60,701 nucleotides of DNA. Source: Octopus bimaculoides (taxonomy: Eukaryota). Where the stretch lies: positions 19,262,364-19,323,064 of the forward strand of contig NC_068990.1 of NCBI RefSeq assembly GCF_001194135.2, in the 5' to 3' direction. The first letter of the stretch is position 1. Each line of letters begins with the position of its first letter. The notes beneath the pieces are model-generated. The model made no database searches and was not told where the DNA came from. It was given only the letters and a program-made list of their open reading frames with translations. The translations under genes were made by a program, and so were the position numbers. This document shows, in pieces, positions 1 through 10,822 of this stretch.

Positions 1-62
<62 letters not shown>

Positions 63-98
63 ATGTGTGGGAGTGTGTGTGTGTGTGTGTGTGTGTGC
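1..98. repeat. compound (TA)n(TG)n microsatellite
   Basis: directly visible dinucleotide runs. Confidence 0.95.
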
Positions 99-267
99 TT
101 ATGTACGTGGGTATGCATATGTATGCATACATTTGTAATCTTGCGTCCAGGGTGATACATTACGCCAATATTATTGGCGCGCACATGCTCAATTCCATTT
201 CTTGTGGTTAGTAAGCTGGTTCAATGTTTAATCCAACTAGCTAATCGATGTGTGTATTCTTTTTTAA

Positions 268-510
268 TCTAGGCACAAGGCCTGAACTTTGTGGGGATGG
301 ACCAGTTGATTAGACCGACTCCAGTATGCAACTGGTACTTAATTTATCGACTCCGAAAGGTTGAAAAGCAAAGTTGATCATGGCAGAATTTGAGAGCGCA
401 TTAGTCTTTTACATTCAATCCAGTGCTCAGCTAGTACCTATTTTATCGACCCCAAGAGGAAGGAAAGCAAGGTCATCCTCTGCGGAATTTGATTTCAGAA
501 CGTAAAGATG
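268..510 (-). mobile_element. two 5'-truncated fragments of the tRNA-headed SINE family (family 1)
   Basis: ctaggcacaaggcc...ggtacttaatttatcgactccgaaagg...gaatttga and tattttatcgacccc...gaatttgatttcagaacgtaaag match the copies at 5088-5308 and 57130-57562. Confidence 0.8.
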
Positions 511-1011
511 CACAGCACTTTAATAATGCAATGATATTCTTTTTGTATAAAATGTCAATTTCAAATGAGTTTTGTTTATTAGTTGCTTTTTTAATTTCTT
601 ACCTGTAAAAGGATGTCTTAATAGATTTGATAAAATTACAATATCAATGATAATTATGAGGATCTACTGTAATGAATCGAAATATTTGTAAGTTGCGGCT
701 TCACTATCACCTATGTTTGTTCGAACTAATTATAGATTTTAATGTAGTATACATTCTTACAATAACAATTACACAATTTTCCGATTGTATCGGTCGGTTA
801 TTAATGAAATGAATTATGTCAATACGTGTACACGTAATTAAAATACGATGAATTGATATGAACTGTTTCATTCACACGATGCCCTTGAAGGATATCCCAG
901 AAATTAATCATTGACCAGGTGCAAGGCTGATATAACGACGCCTCTTGGTACAGTGAGTTACAAAATGTAAACGGTTGCTCAGGAAATATTTCAATTCAGA
1001 AAGGAAATATA

Positions 1012-1165
1012 GATGGAGGCATGTGGTTAAAAAGGCCCCTTATTGTCTCTTATTGAGTGCCACCAAGCGATACATTGGACCCGTGTCTTCTACAATGACC
1101 TCGGTCGGAGAGTAATGTGTTTTTGAATGAATTTAGAAGGTGGAAACTGAGAGGAACAGGTTTTG
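1012..1165 (+). mobile_element. degenerate 5' half of the microsatellite-containing SINE (family 2)
   Basis: ggcatgtggttaa...gtgtcttctac..cctcgg..ggaaactga, homologous to 40006-40356. Confidence 0.55.
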
Positions 1166-1166
1166 C

Positions 1167-1178
1167 ATCTATCTATCG

Positions 1179-1235
<57 letters not shown>
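1167..1235. repeat. (TCTA)n tetranucleotide microsatellite
   Basis: directly visible. Confidence 0.95.
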
Positions 1236-1236
<1 letters not shown>

Positions 1237-1423
1237 TCTTTTATTCGTTTCAGTCGTTCGACTCTAGCCATGCTGGAGCACCGCCTTTGGTCGAACACAT
1301 CGATCCCAGGGCTTATTGTTTGTGCGCCCAGTACTTATCCTATCCGTCTCTTTTGCCGAACCGCTAAGCTATGGGGGCCGTATAAACACCAGCATCGGTT
1401 GTCAAGTGATGGCGAGGGGACAA

Positions 1424-1456
<33 letters not shown>

Positions 1457-1591
1457 CACACACACACACACATACGCAAACAAAAACACACACATATATA
1501 GTTTCCGTCCACCAAATCCACTCACAAGGCCTTGGTCGGCCCGAGGCTATATTGTAAGACTATGGGTGCCACGCAGTGGGACTAAACCGGA
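1236..1591 (-). mobile_element. SINE family 2 with internal (CA)n
   Basis: reverse complement gives ccggtttagtcccactgcgtggcacc..., internal (GT)n, cttagcggttcggcaaaagagac and ggcggtgctccagcatggc; matches 40006-40356. Confidence 0.85.
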
Positions 1592-2224
1592 CACAAACCA
1601 CCACCTGATTACCAGCAATTTCATGCCAATCAGATTACAGTTATTTCTGTCTAAAATATATTTAGTGAATCGCCTTTCGTTGCTGTCCTAGTTATTGCTG
1701 TTGATGTCCCTAAAAAACCGTACAGGTCTGATAAAGCAGAACTTGTGTCAAACAGGGTTCTACCTTTATTTTTGAGACACTAATGGCTAGGATTACGTCA
1801 TACACTAATTAAACTTCATACTTCAAAACAGCAGGATGTTAACTGAAAAAAAAATTCAGCTGCTATATCTGGAATATCGAATAACATTTTAGAGGTAACT
1901 AGAGTCGCTCGCTTCTTCAGTAAGTTTTAAAGAATGGAGTAAAGTAATACAGTAGCTGACGATAAATGCAAGAATTCAAGTTTGATAGAATACGTTTTAC
2001 ATAAAAAAAAGTGTACCGATTCATATGATGGGTAAAAATTTTCGAAAGAAGTGTGGTAAAATGAGGATAAAAAGCAGAAACCTGTGAAATATTAATATTC
2101 ACGCGTTTTCAGTTTGAGACACGACTGTTTCGAGTGACCTAACGTCATAATGATTTAACTCTCATGCGATAGTTGTTTTAGTGCAGCCATCAAAACGTAA
2201 ACATTAATATTTCGGAATTGAACG

Positions 2225-3085
2225 ATGCATTAATATATATCCATCACCATGATCGTCGTCGTCGTTGTCGTCATCGCCGTTATGCTCCACTTTGCCTAAT
2301 CCTAATATTTTCCCCACTTCCTACTTCACCCCTCCTAATCCCATCCCCACCACCACTCCACCTCTTACCCTCCTCATCTTCCCCTCCTCATCTCCTCCTC
2401 ATCTTCCCCTCTTCTTCCCCTCCCCTTCTCTTCTTCCCCTCCTCATCTCCTCTTCTTCCCCTCCTGACCTCCTCATCCCCTCCTCATCCCCTCCTCATCC
2501 CCTCCTCATCCNNNNNNNNNNNNNNNNNNNNNNNNNNNNNNNNNNNNNNNNNNNNNNNNNNNNNNNNNNNNNNNNNNNNNNNNNNNNNNNNNNTCATCTC
2601 CGCCTCCTCTCTCATCCCCTCTCCACGCCCTTCTGTCCCCCTGCTCCCCTTCATTACCCGTCCCCTCCCCACATTCCCATCATTCCCGCCTCCCCCTCCT
2701 TTCCATGCTCCTCTCCCCTCCTTTCCCTTCTCCCCACTCCATCCTTCTCCCATCTTCCTCCCCGCTTTCTCATCCACCCCATCACCATCATCAACATTAT
2801 CATTACTCCCATGAAAAGATTCACGAGGTTCAGTATCATCATTAACATCATCATTACCCATATATTTACCGACATAATGTAACACCATCATCATCACCAT
2901 TGTCTGCTGTCGTTATCGTCCCCTCTGCTGTCGACTTCATCTTCAGCAACATTATCATCATGATTACCATTCACAACCATCACTATCATCCAAAATATTG
3001 CCAACATCTCCATCATCGCAATTTGCTACAGCATTATCAACGTCGTCATCACAGTCATCACCTCGTTCGGCGATGTTGCTGATAA
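2225..3085. repeat. low-complexity (CCT)n/(CAT)n block with assembly gap 2512-2593
   Basis: trinucleotide-derived low complexity; the overlapping ORFs are P/S/H-rich artefacts. Confidence 0.9.
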
Positions 3086-3207
3086 CTTTAAAAGCAAATT
3101 ACAGAACGTTACAGAACATATATCATCGCCGAGTATTAACATGACATGAGTAACGAAGAGATAGCAACGCAAGGACTATATACATACTCATATATATATA
3201 TATGCGT

Positions 3208-3243
<36 letters not shown>

Positions 3244-3249
3244 AAGTAT

Positions 3250-4060
3250 TCTTGGAAGTTGCTCTCCACTCTCTCCAGGATTGCTCTGTCGATTTGGGCG
3301 ATTTCCACGGGAATAGCTTCCTTCAAATCGCCCAATGTACGAGGTTTATGAACATAAACACGTACCTTGAGGCTTCCCCACAAGAAACACGGACAAATCA
3401 GGGAACCGAGGTTCGAAGGAATGTCAGCAAAACTGGAAATAAGGCGGTCACTGACGATAGGGGGAAGAACGTCCATGGATGCCCCATCCTGCTAAAACCA
3501 CACACATCGAATAGACATGCATTTTCGTCGAAATTCAGGCACAAAGAAGTTGTTTATTATTTCGATGTAACGCTTGGAGTTCACAGTAACACTATTTCCA
3601 TTACTGTCTTCAAAAAAGTAAGGACCAATGACGGCAGCTTTTCAACAGCATACCTGACCGTCACGTTTATGTTGTGCAGTGATCTTTCGTGTTGTCTTTC
3701 GGACTTACTTTCAAGCCCCAATAACGACAGTTCTGTTTATTCGCCAGGTCATTGAGATGAAAATGAGTTTCACCACTCATTAACAAAATGAGGTTGTCAT
3801 TTTCCTCAAAAATTGCTTCCATCTGACGTGCAAAGTTAAGCCAATGTGCATAGCCCAATGGTTTCAACCTTTGCCCAACTGCTGCCCAATGTATGCGTGG
3901 ACATGCAGGTCTTCATGCAAAATACGCCTTACCAATCGATTACCTCCAAGCAGAGCGATGCGAACTTTTCGTGCAAAATACGCCTTACCAATCGATTGCC
4001 TCTAAGCAGAGCGAAGCGATATTAGTGTCAAAAGTGGTCAGAGAGTTATGCAGGTATCAG
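3250..4060 (-). mobile_element. decayed Tc1/mariner-superfamily transposase
   Basis: frameshifted motifs LVRRILHEDLH, LMSGETHFHLNDLANKQNCRYW and CFLWGSLKVRVYVHKPRTLGDLKEAI resemble the SDEAHF..NKQNCRYW and DFFLWGYLKSKVY signatures. Confidence 0.85.
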
Positions 4061-4202
4061 AGGAAGCTCCTCTTACGGATGCGGCTATCAGCCTACGTAA
4101 GTAACCAATTACAAAGTAGTGAAGCGTTAAGTATTCAAGCAAATGGAAATCCAGAAAATCTGAGTATTAACATCTTCCTGTGAGGAGTTTGTGGTGAAGT
4201 AA

Positions 4203-4233
4203 ATACACACACACATACACATACACAGACACA

Positions 4234-4275
<42 letters not shown>
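4203..4275. repeat. (CA)n microsatellite
   Basis: directly visible. Confidence 0.95.
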
Positions 4276-4276
<1 letters not shown>

Positions 4277-4478
4277 GTACGTATGCTGGTGTGTGCGCGC
4301 GTGTATATATTTAATTGACGCCCTCCTACAACACCGTCAAGGTTCACTCACACAAATCTATAAGTAGTATTTATTACTAAATTAAAACGGATTTTATTAT
4401 TGCTGTTGGTCAACAGCATGCTTATTGTGATTGGAATGCATTCTTAGTCCTGATCATACCAATTGTTGTTTGTATCAG

Positions 4479-4702
4479 AGACGTCGTTATGGAAAAGTAT
4501 ACTCTCTAGAAAGGGAGAATCTTTTATGGAAGGAAAAAAAGTTATCTCTACCGTATGGAGCCACCATAGTTGGTTCATGACTCATTTGATGCGATGCTTA
4601 GTACACATCGCTTTCTATAAATCAATTATCATGATCTTATATGACACTTGTGTAAGTTGGTTTTATGTCACAAATAACATGCATTCCACTTGCAACGTGT
4701 AG
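4479..4702 (+). CDS. candidate terminal exon of a small Cys-containing (PAN/Apple-like?) protein
   Basis: acceptor tgtttgtatcag, phase 1; open frame ..SFMEGKKVIS..LMRC..DTCVSWFY..TCNV*; weak similarity to 8003-8218. Confidence 0.25.
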
Positions 4703-4996
4703 TTGTAAGAGAAATATATCAAGAGAAAGACGGCTCACGCTTGCTGAAATTTGCTTTGTTGCTCCTCTCACGAGGTTTAATTTTTGTTTATAAAAGATGT
4801 AATTCTATTTTGTCCCTCTATTTGTTATTTTTGCGTATTTTGCGCATGGCAGATGTTTCCATGAACAAAACTTTTGAGCAGTTTTGATACTTAAAATCAA
4901 TGGATTGTTATAGTGTTGTTGCTGATGTATTTGCAACACAACTACCATTTATGCGAGATATCAAATAACTTGAATTAAATATTTGTTACTATTGGC

Positions 4997-5365
4997 TTCA
5001 AATTTTAACACAAGGTCAGCAATTTCAGAGAAGGTTATAATTGGATTACATCGTCCCCCACACCAAAAATAGTATATATTTTATCGAAGGCGGCGAGCTG
5101 GCAGAAAAGTTAGCACGCCTGACGAAATGCTTACGGTATTCCGTCTGTCTGTACGTTCTGTGTTCAAATTCCGCCGATGACGACTTTGCCTTTCATCCTT
5201 TCGGGGTCGAAAACTTAAGTACTAGGTGCGTACTGGGGTTGATCTAATCGACTGGCACCCACCTCCACAGAAATTCCGGGCCTTGTGCCTAGAGTAGAAA
5301 AGAGTATTTATTTTATCGACCCCGAAGGAACAAATGGCAAAGTCGACCTCGGTAGAATTTATAAT
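4997..5365 (-). mobile_element. SINE family 1 fragment interrupted by a younger SINE
   Basis: sequence stops at tattttatcga (5077-5087) and resumes at tattttatcgaccccgaagg (5309 onward). Confidence 0.75.
5088..5308 (+). mobile_element. full-length SINE family 1 with 11-bp TSD
   Basis: tRNA-like head ggcggcgagctggcagaa (A box) and gttcaaattcc (B box); tail gggccttgtgcctagagtagaaaag; flanked by tattttatcga on both sides. Confidence 0.9.
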
Positions 5366-5390
5366 TGTAAATACTAAAAGGGAGAGAGTC

Positions 5391-5782
5391 AAGGCAGCGG
5401 CTGACAGAATCGCTAGCACGCCGGGCAAAATGCTTAGCAGCATTTCGTCCATCTATGCGTTCGGGGTTGACTTTGCCATTCATTCTTTCGGGGCCGTTAA
5501 CTGCCAGTGAAATACTGTAGTCGATGTGATTGACATATCCACTCCCACGAAAATGCTGGCTTTGTGTCAAGATTTGAAATCAGTATTAAAATAGAGAGCT
5601 GGCAGAACCGTTAGTGTACCGGGAAAATGCTTAACTATATTTCATTCGTATTTATATTCTGACTTTAAATTCCCACGCGGTGGACTTAGTCTTTCATTCT
5701 TTCGGGGCACTGAGGTCGATGTAATCTGCTAGCCGCCTCGCCGGAAATTGCTGGCTTCTGCCAAAATTTGAAAGCAATATTA
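5391..5782 (+). mobile_element. two tandem degenerate SINE family 1 copies (about 5391-5590 and 5595-5782)
   Basis: each has a gctg(g/a)cagaa head, cattctttcgggg body and gctggc..aaatttgaaa tail. Confidence 0.75.
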
Positions 5783-6201
5783 GATACAAGATTTAATGTT
5801 AAATTACATTTCAGTCTACTGTATTATAGATAACCATATTCTCACAGCAATGTTATTAGCATAAAGAACATTCAGAACTACAATGTACATGAGTATCCTA
5901 TTCTCGAATCTAAACTACTTCGAATAGAAGCATGTATACCCTTAGCACGCTCAAAAACGAATAAACTATCATTAAAATCTAAGACATGACGTTCGAAATA
6001 TAGTAATAGTGAATGTGAATTGACAAAGGTATTCTATGCTGAATAGAGCATAGATGTTAATTCAAGCATGTCCTTATATGTTGCAATGCAACTAATATTA
6101 TTCTTGCTACATTTAATTTAGATACGATGGATATTGAACTTCCTCTTTAGTGTTTGCAATTCAATCGAAATGTCAGTGTCGTCTTTTCATTGTGATACAC
6201 A

Positions 6202-6278
6202 TATAAGGGGGATATTTCGTCCGCAACGCTGGAAATAAATATCAAACGAAGACATCGACCTCAGAATGATAGGTATTT
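6202..6278 (+). promoter_or_regulatory. candidate TATA promoter plus micro first exon, copy A (TATAAG 6202, ATG 6266, donor GT 6273)
   Basis: TATAA, 64 nt, ATG ATA G|gtattt; same layout in the paralogous copy at 8966-9045. Confidence 0.45.
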
Positions 6279-6499
6279 GTTTGGTTATTTTAATCGATTA
6301 GTTATACAAAATACAGATGATATTTGAAATACGATTAATATTATATTATCGATATTATTATTGAAATGTTATCGTTAGTTATTAATTCTTTGCTCCTCGC
6401 ATGAATGATAGAGGTAGTACAATATTTAACAGCACCACATATATTTCTATTAACAAGTTTATAATAATAATGGTTTCAAATTTTGATTCAAGGAACGCA

Positions 6500-6686
6500 G
6501 TTCGAGGTGAGAGGCATGGTGGATATTATGGATCTCAGTACTTAACGGCTGCTTTATTTTATCGACTCTGGGGAGGTAAAATGAAAGTAACCGTAGCAAA
6601 ATTTGAACTCAGAATGTAACGAGTCAGAAGAAATACCGCTTGGAAATTTTGTCTGATGCTTCAACGATAGTTACAGCTCACCGCCT
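6500..6686 (-). mobile_element. SINE family 1
   Basis: ttttatcgactc...atttgaactcagaatg...gctcaccgcc. Confidence 0.8.
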
Positions 6687-8002
6687 CGGGGTTTCTTTGT
6701 AATAATGGAAATTGCAAAAGAAAAGAATAAATACCTTTATAGAGAATGAATTCTAATTTGGTCAAACATCATTGAAATATATTTTATAAACGCAAAATCA
6801 ACTAATATAAGATCTATATTTATCATCAGAATAATTTTATACATGATGAATATAGATGTTGGGGGAATTGAGGGTGTGTAAGTTGGAATGAAAAGAACGT
6901 TTAATGTTCACATAACACTATTGAAGCTTGTACTAAATTATGGCAACCATTGATGCCTCTATCTTTTATTTTCAGTACAAAATACATAATTATATTAGAG
7001 TAAATTAAGCTGAGTTAAATATAACCCTGACTTCGTTTTAAGTAATACGACATGAACAATTGGAAAGCAAAATTTGAAAATAGCTTAAATTGAATACTTA
7101 AAATGCTTCAAGAATTATTCAGATGATGTTGTGAAAGAATAAGAAGGAAGAATAGAATGGCGAAATCAAAGGCACCGCAGTTCAATACTGTAACCAAATG
7201 AAATGCTTGAAATAATGTCAACTTAAGCATGCATATGAATTTATAAAATGAAGGCCATTATCGATGTCGATTAAAGTTAAAACAGTTTTAAAAATAACAA
7301 ATTGACAAAAGGAAGAAAACAGGAGCTGATATGGAAAAGGACGTTCAAACAAATTTGAATGTTTTATTTCAAGACCTAAATGTGGATATTGTTTATAGGG
7401 AGAGGAGATGATTCAAATATTTTTTGGATAGTTAGGTGCTTCCTAACAAATGAGCTGCAGTTAGTTATATGTCATGTCACTGTTGTTTTCTAAAGCTTCT
7501 TTTAATGTATGCGATATTTATGGCAATACAACCTTTTCATAACTTCAAAACCTCTATTTGCTTTATATTTCTCGGAGCTTCCTTCTGTGAATGATCGATG
7601 TATTTGTAAGGCGGCAGCTTACATTTTAAGTCATTTGTTGAATGTATGGATTCATTGAGGGCATTCCCCGAAATTGCGATATGGATAATTTGTGCTTGAT
7701 ATAAACAAACATTTACAAATTTCTCTTTTCTATTCAGAACCATGTTACTTTTAATTTTTCTTAACTCTGAAACACAATTATTTCCTGAGCCTGACATGTT
7801 CTGATACGTGCACTTTGTGACTAGTAATGAATATAACTTAGAAGAAAGAGAAGGGAACAGAAAATAATTGGTATAAAAAAAAATAACTAGAGAAGATGTC
7901 ATTACTATTTAGTTAGCTCAAAATAAGATACGATTAAAGGAAATCATATATTTAAATTACAAACACTAGTATTATCTACTATTTAATCGTAAATATATAA
8001 CA

Positions 8003-8218
8003 TATAATTCTGAGGCGTGTACTTCAACAAACATCATTAAATTTCAGCAGATAAAAAAATGATAGGCATCCATATAAACACGGAAACCACATTGGATGTT
8101 GAAACCAGTTGCAAAAATTTACTATTCTACGATGTTCGACATATGTGATGTTTCCATAATTTGATCAAAATGTAACATGCAACATCCAAGACAAGTTAAA
8201 GAGATTCCGAAAATGCTG
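8003..8218 (+). pseudogene. candidate disrupted exon paralogous to 4479-4702
   Basis: DKKMIG..ETSC then frameshift to ILRCSTYVMFP*FDQNVTCNIQDKLKRFRKC*. Confidence 0.25.
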
Positions 8219-8965
8219 AGCTAAGCGAAGAAGAATTTATTATGTGTTACTGGAATAAGAAACCAGCGTTTAGGAATTATATTAAAATCCGGTGGCATTA
8301 ATGATGTAAACTAACAACATACAGAATTCATCCATTAGGCCTCTAGAATGTTTCTGTCTCTGTAATTTCACATACAGACCTCAAGTCAACACAAAGTTAT
8401 GGTAGAAAATGCTTGAATTATTTGGAACGCAGTGAGATCGAACTAATTGTTTTAAAATAGTAATTTATATGATAAATTCATCAATAATTTCCAAAGAAAG
8501 AAATTTAGTTTAAAAACCGAATCGAGAAGAGATGAGAGATTAACTCTGTATAGTTATGGGAGATATTAAAATTCTGAATTAATCACTAATTTTACATTAT
8601 CTTACATTTCAGTATACTGTGTTATAAATTTCCTTATGCACATAGCAATGTTAATATTGTATTGAATTCTTGAAACTAACGTATACATATATATTGTATT
8701 TTCAAACGTAAACTACTATGGAATACATGGGACACGGTATTCTATATTGAAATTTAATAAACTATCATTGAAATCCAAGATACAACATTCAAAATGTTGT
8801 ATAGTAAATAAAGCGTAAATGTTAATTCAAGTATGTCCTTATATGTTGCAATGTAACTAATATCATGGTTGCTATGTTTAATTTCCATGTGATGCAAATC
8901 GAGATTTGTCTTTAATGTTTAACAATAAAATCAAAATGTCACTCTGCTGCATTGACTGTGATTTA

Positions 8966-9045
8966 TATATAACGAGGATATTTTGTTGCACAACGTAGAG
9001 AATACGTATCAAACGAAGACATAGACATCGCAATGAAAGGTAATT
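8966..9045 (+). promoter_or_regulatory. candidate TATA promoter plus micro first exon, copy B (TATATAA 8966, ATG 9033, donor GT 9040)
   Basis: ATG AAA G|gtaatt; atcaaacgaagacat leader shared with copy A. Confidence 0.5.
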
Positions 9046-9794
9046 GTCCGGTTATTGTAATCGAAAATTCATATAAAATTTAGACGATATTTTTGAAAGT
9101 AAGTTTAAGCGTTCAACATTGTTGTGTTGTGCTCATAGAAAAATTGAATGTTGAAGTAAAAACATCTTACACCTAATGGCGATTACCAAAGTTTATGAAT
9201 GGTTTGGCAGTGTAAAAAATGGAAGAGGTGTAAAATTAACAAATTTAATTAGATATCTTAGCTCTGTCTTTTCAACACATATGTACATCGAGAGAAAGAT
9301 TCACGTCTTTTTGTAAGTTGTCAAAAATACATTGAAAATTACTTGTAAATATTGCATAAAACAGAAAAGAATTGTTATTCAGAAGTAATGATTACTTCGT
9401 CTTGTGCACGGAGAGCAGCGAAAATGAAAGCAATCACGTATATATTTATCCCGAACAGTTTCCGGCAGATTCGAACGTAAATGGGCTAATCGCTGTGGTA
9501 ATTCGCATTCGGGGAACCTTTATTTTCTTTTAACCCTACGTCTGCTTAAAATTCGTGAATCATTGTGAACAAACAAATTTTTAGACATTGCAGTGTTTCC
9601 CTTCAGTCAAGGCTACATCGGGGTCAATGGTTTTAAACAAGAAATGTGTCTTTTAGTTAAACAATTCAGGAAACAAATTATTAGTTGATGCATGTTGTTC
9701 TTACCAAACTGTATTTAATTCAACACATGCGCAGGGGAGAGTGACGATCAACATTATGACACATATGTTTATTATTAACGCATTCCATGCTGGA

Positions 9795-9995
9795 AGCTTG
9801 TACCCCGGGCAAAATTTCTAGCGGCATTTCGTTCATCTTTACAGTCTCAGTTGAAATTCCACCGAGGGTCGACATTATCTTTCATCCCTTCGGAGTCGAT
9901 AAAATAACTACCAGATGAACGCCGTTGTCGATGTAATCGACTTATCCCTTCACCTGATATTGCTGGCCTTCTTCCAAAAATAGAAATCATTATTA
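9795..9995 (+). mobile_element. SINE family 1, head truncated
   Basis: ccgggcaaaat...gttgaaattccaccgagggtcgac...tttcatcccttcggagtcgataaaata...gctggcc. Confidence 0.8.
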
Positions 9996-10727
9996 ATACA
10001 TTCTGGCAAACTTGAATATGAATATGGTAAACGCTGTTACGTTTCGTCTTTGAAGAACAGCATCTTTTAGACGATGCCCAATCACTGCACGCTGGATTCC
10101 TTCAGATAACGGAACTGTGATGATATGCGGTATTTGGACATGGTTATGTCACATTAGTCAAAGCTATCCTGCATCTCAACAAAAACAGAATGTGGCTCGC
10201 ATCTCAACAAAAACAAAATGTGGCTCCTTATAGAATTTCAGCAAACAAATGTTTTGATGCATGCTGATGCTCACCAAAGCGATGTTAATTCATCGTGTGC
10301 ACTGAAAGCAGCGAGAATGCTGTTATTCTTTTTCATATGCTTAAAAGATAGATGTCTACATATGAAATGGACTTTCGAAATCTGAAATAATGCCTATGCC
10401 ATATGTTATAAATATGTATTTTCCTCTGTGATTGTTACAATAATTACGTTCTTCGAATATTACATAATTAAAGATGTTTTGTCCTTCATTTTAGGGTTAC
10501 TTAAAAAAATCGATAATATTTGAATGAAAGGAATTTTATAGAAGCCAAAAAATGTTAGCCATCGTATTGCAAAATAAATACACTTTGTACTAAAATGATC
10601 ATTTACATATGTACATGTACATATGTAAGCTACTGAAGCTACCCGCATACATATACAATAAACAACGGACATATACATATATATGTAATGGAGATTGTAA
10701 CTAATCCAAGTTGCAAGTCCATATGTA

Positions 10728-10728
10728 T

Positions 10729-10821
<93 letters not shown>

Positions 10822-10822
10822 C
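10728..10822. repeat. compound (CA)n(TA)n(GA)n microsatellite
   Basis: directly visible. Confidence 0.95.

Noticed and set aside
590-667. Minus-strand ttttacag|gtaaga as an exon or recursive splice site
   Set aside because: All frames of the 64-nt candidate exon contain stops and no host gene is established
835-990. Possible third copy of the duplicated promoter
   Set aside because: Only short AT-rich matches; no ATG or donor at the expected distance
2218-2900. 198-205 aa Pro/Ser-rich ORFs
   Set aside because: Arise from (CCT)n/(CAT)n low complexity across a gap
4479-4580. C-type-lectin-like reading YGKVYSLERENLLWKEKKLSLPYGATIV in another frame
   Set aside because: Lacks the key Cys and Ala, stops early, and the frame is not kept in the similar region at 8050; likely chance
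7000-7900. hAT-transposase-like remnant (SGNNCVSELRKIKS)
   Set aside because: Similarity too weak to support a call
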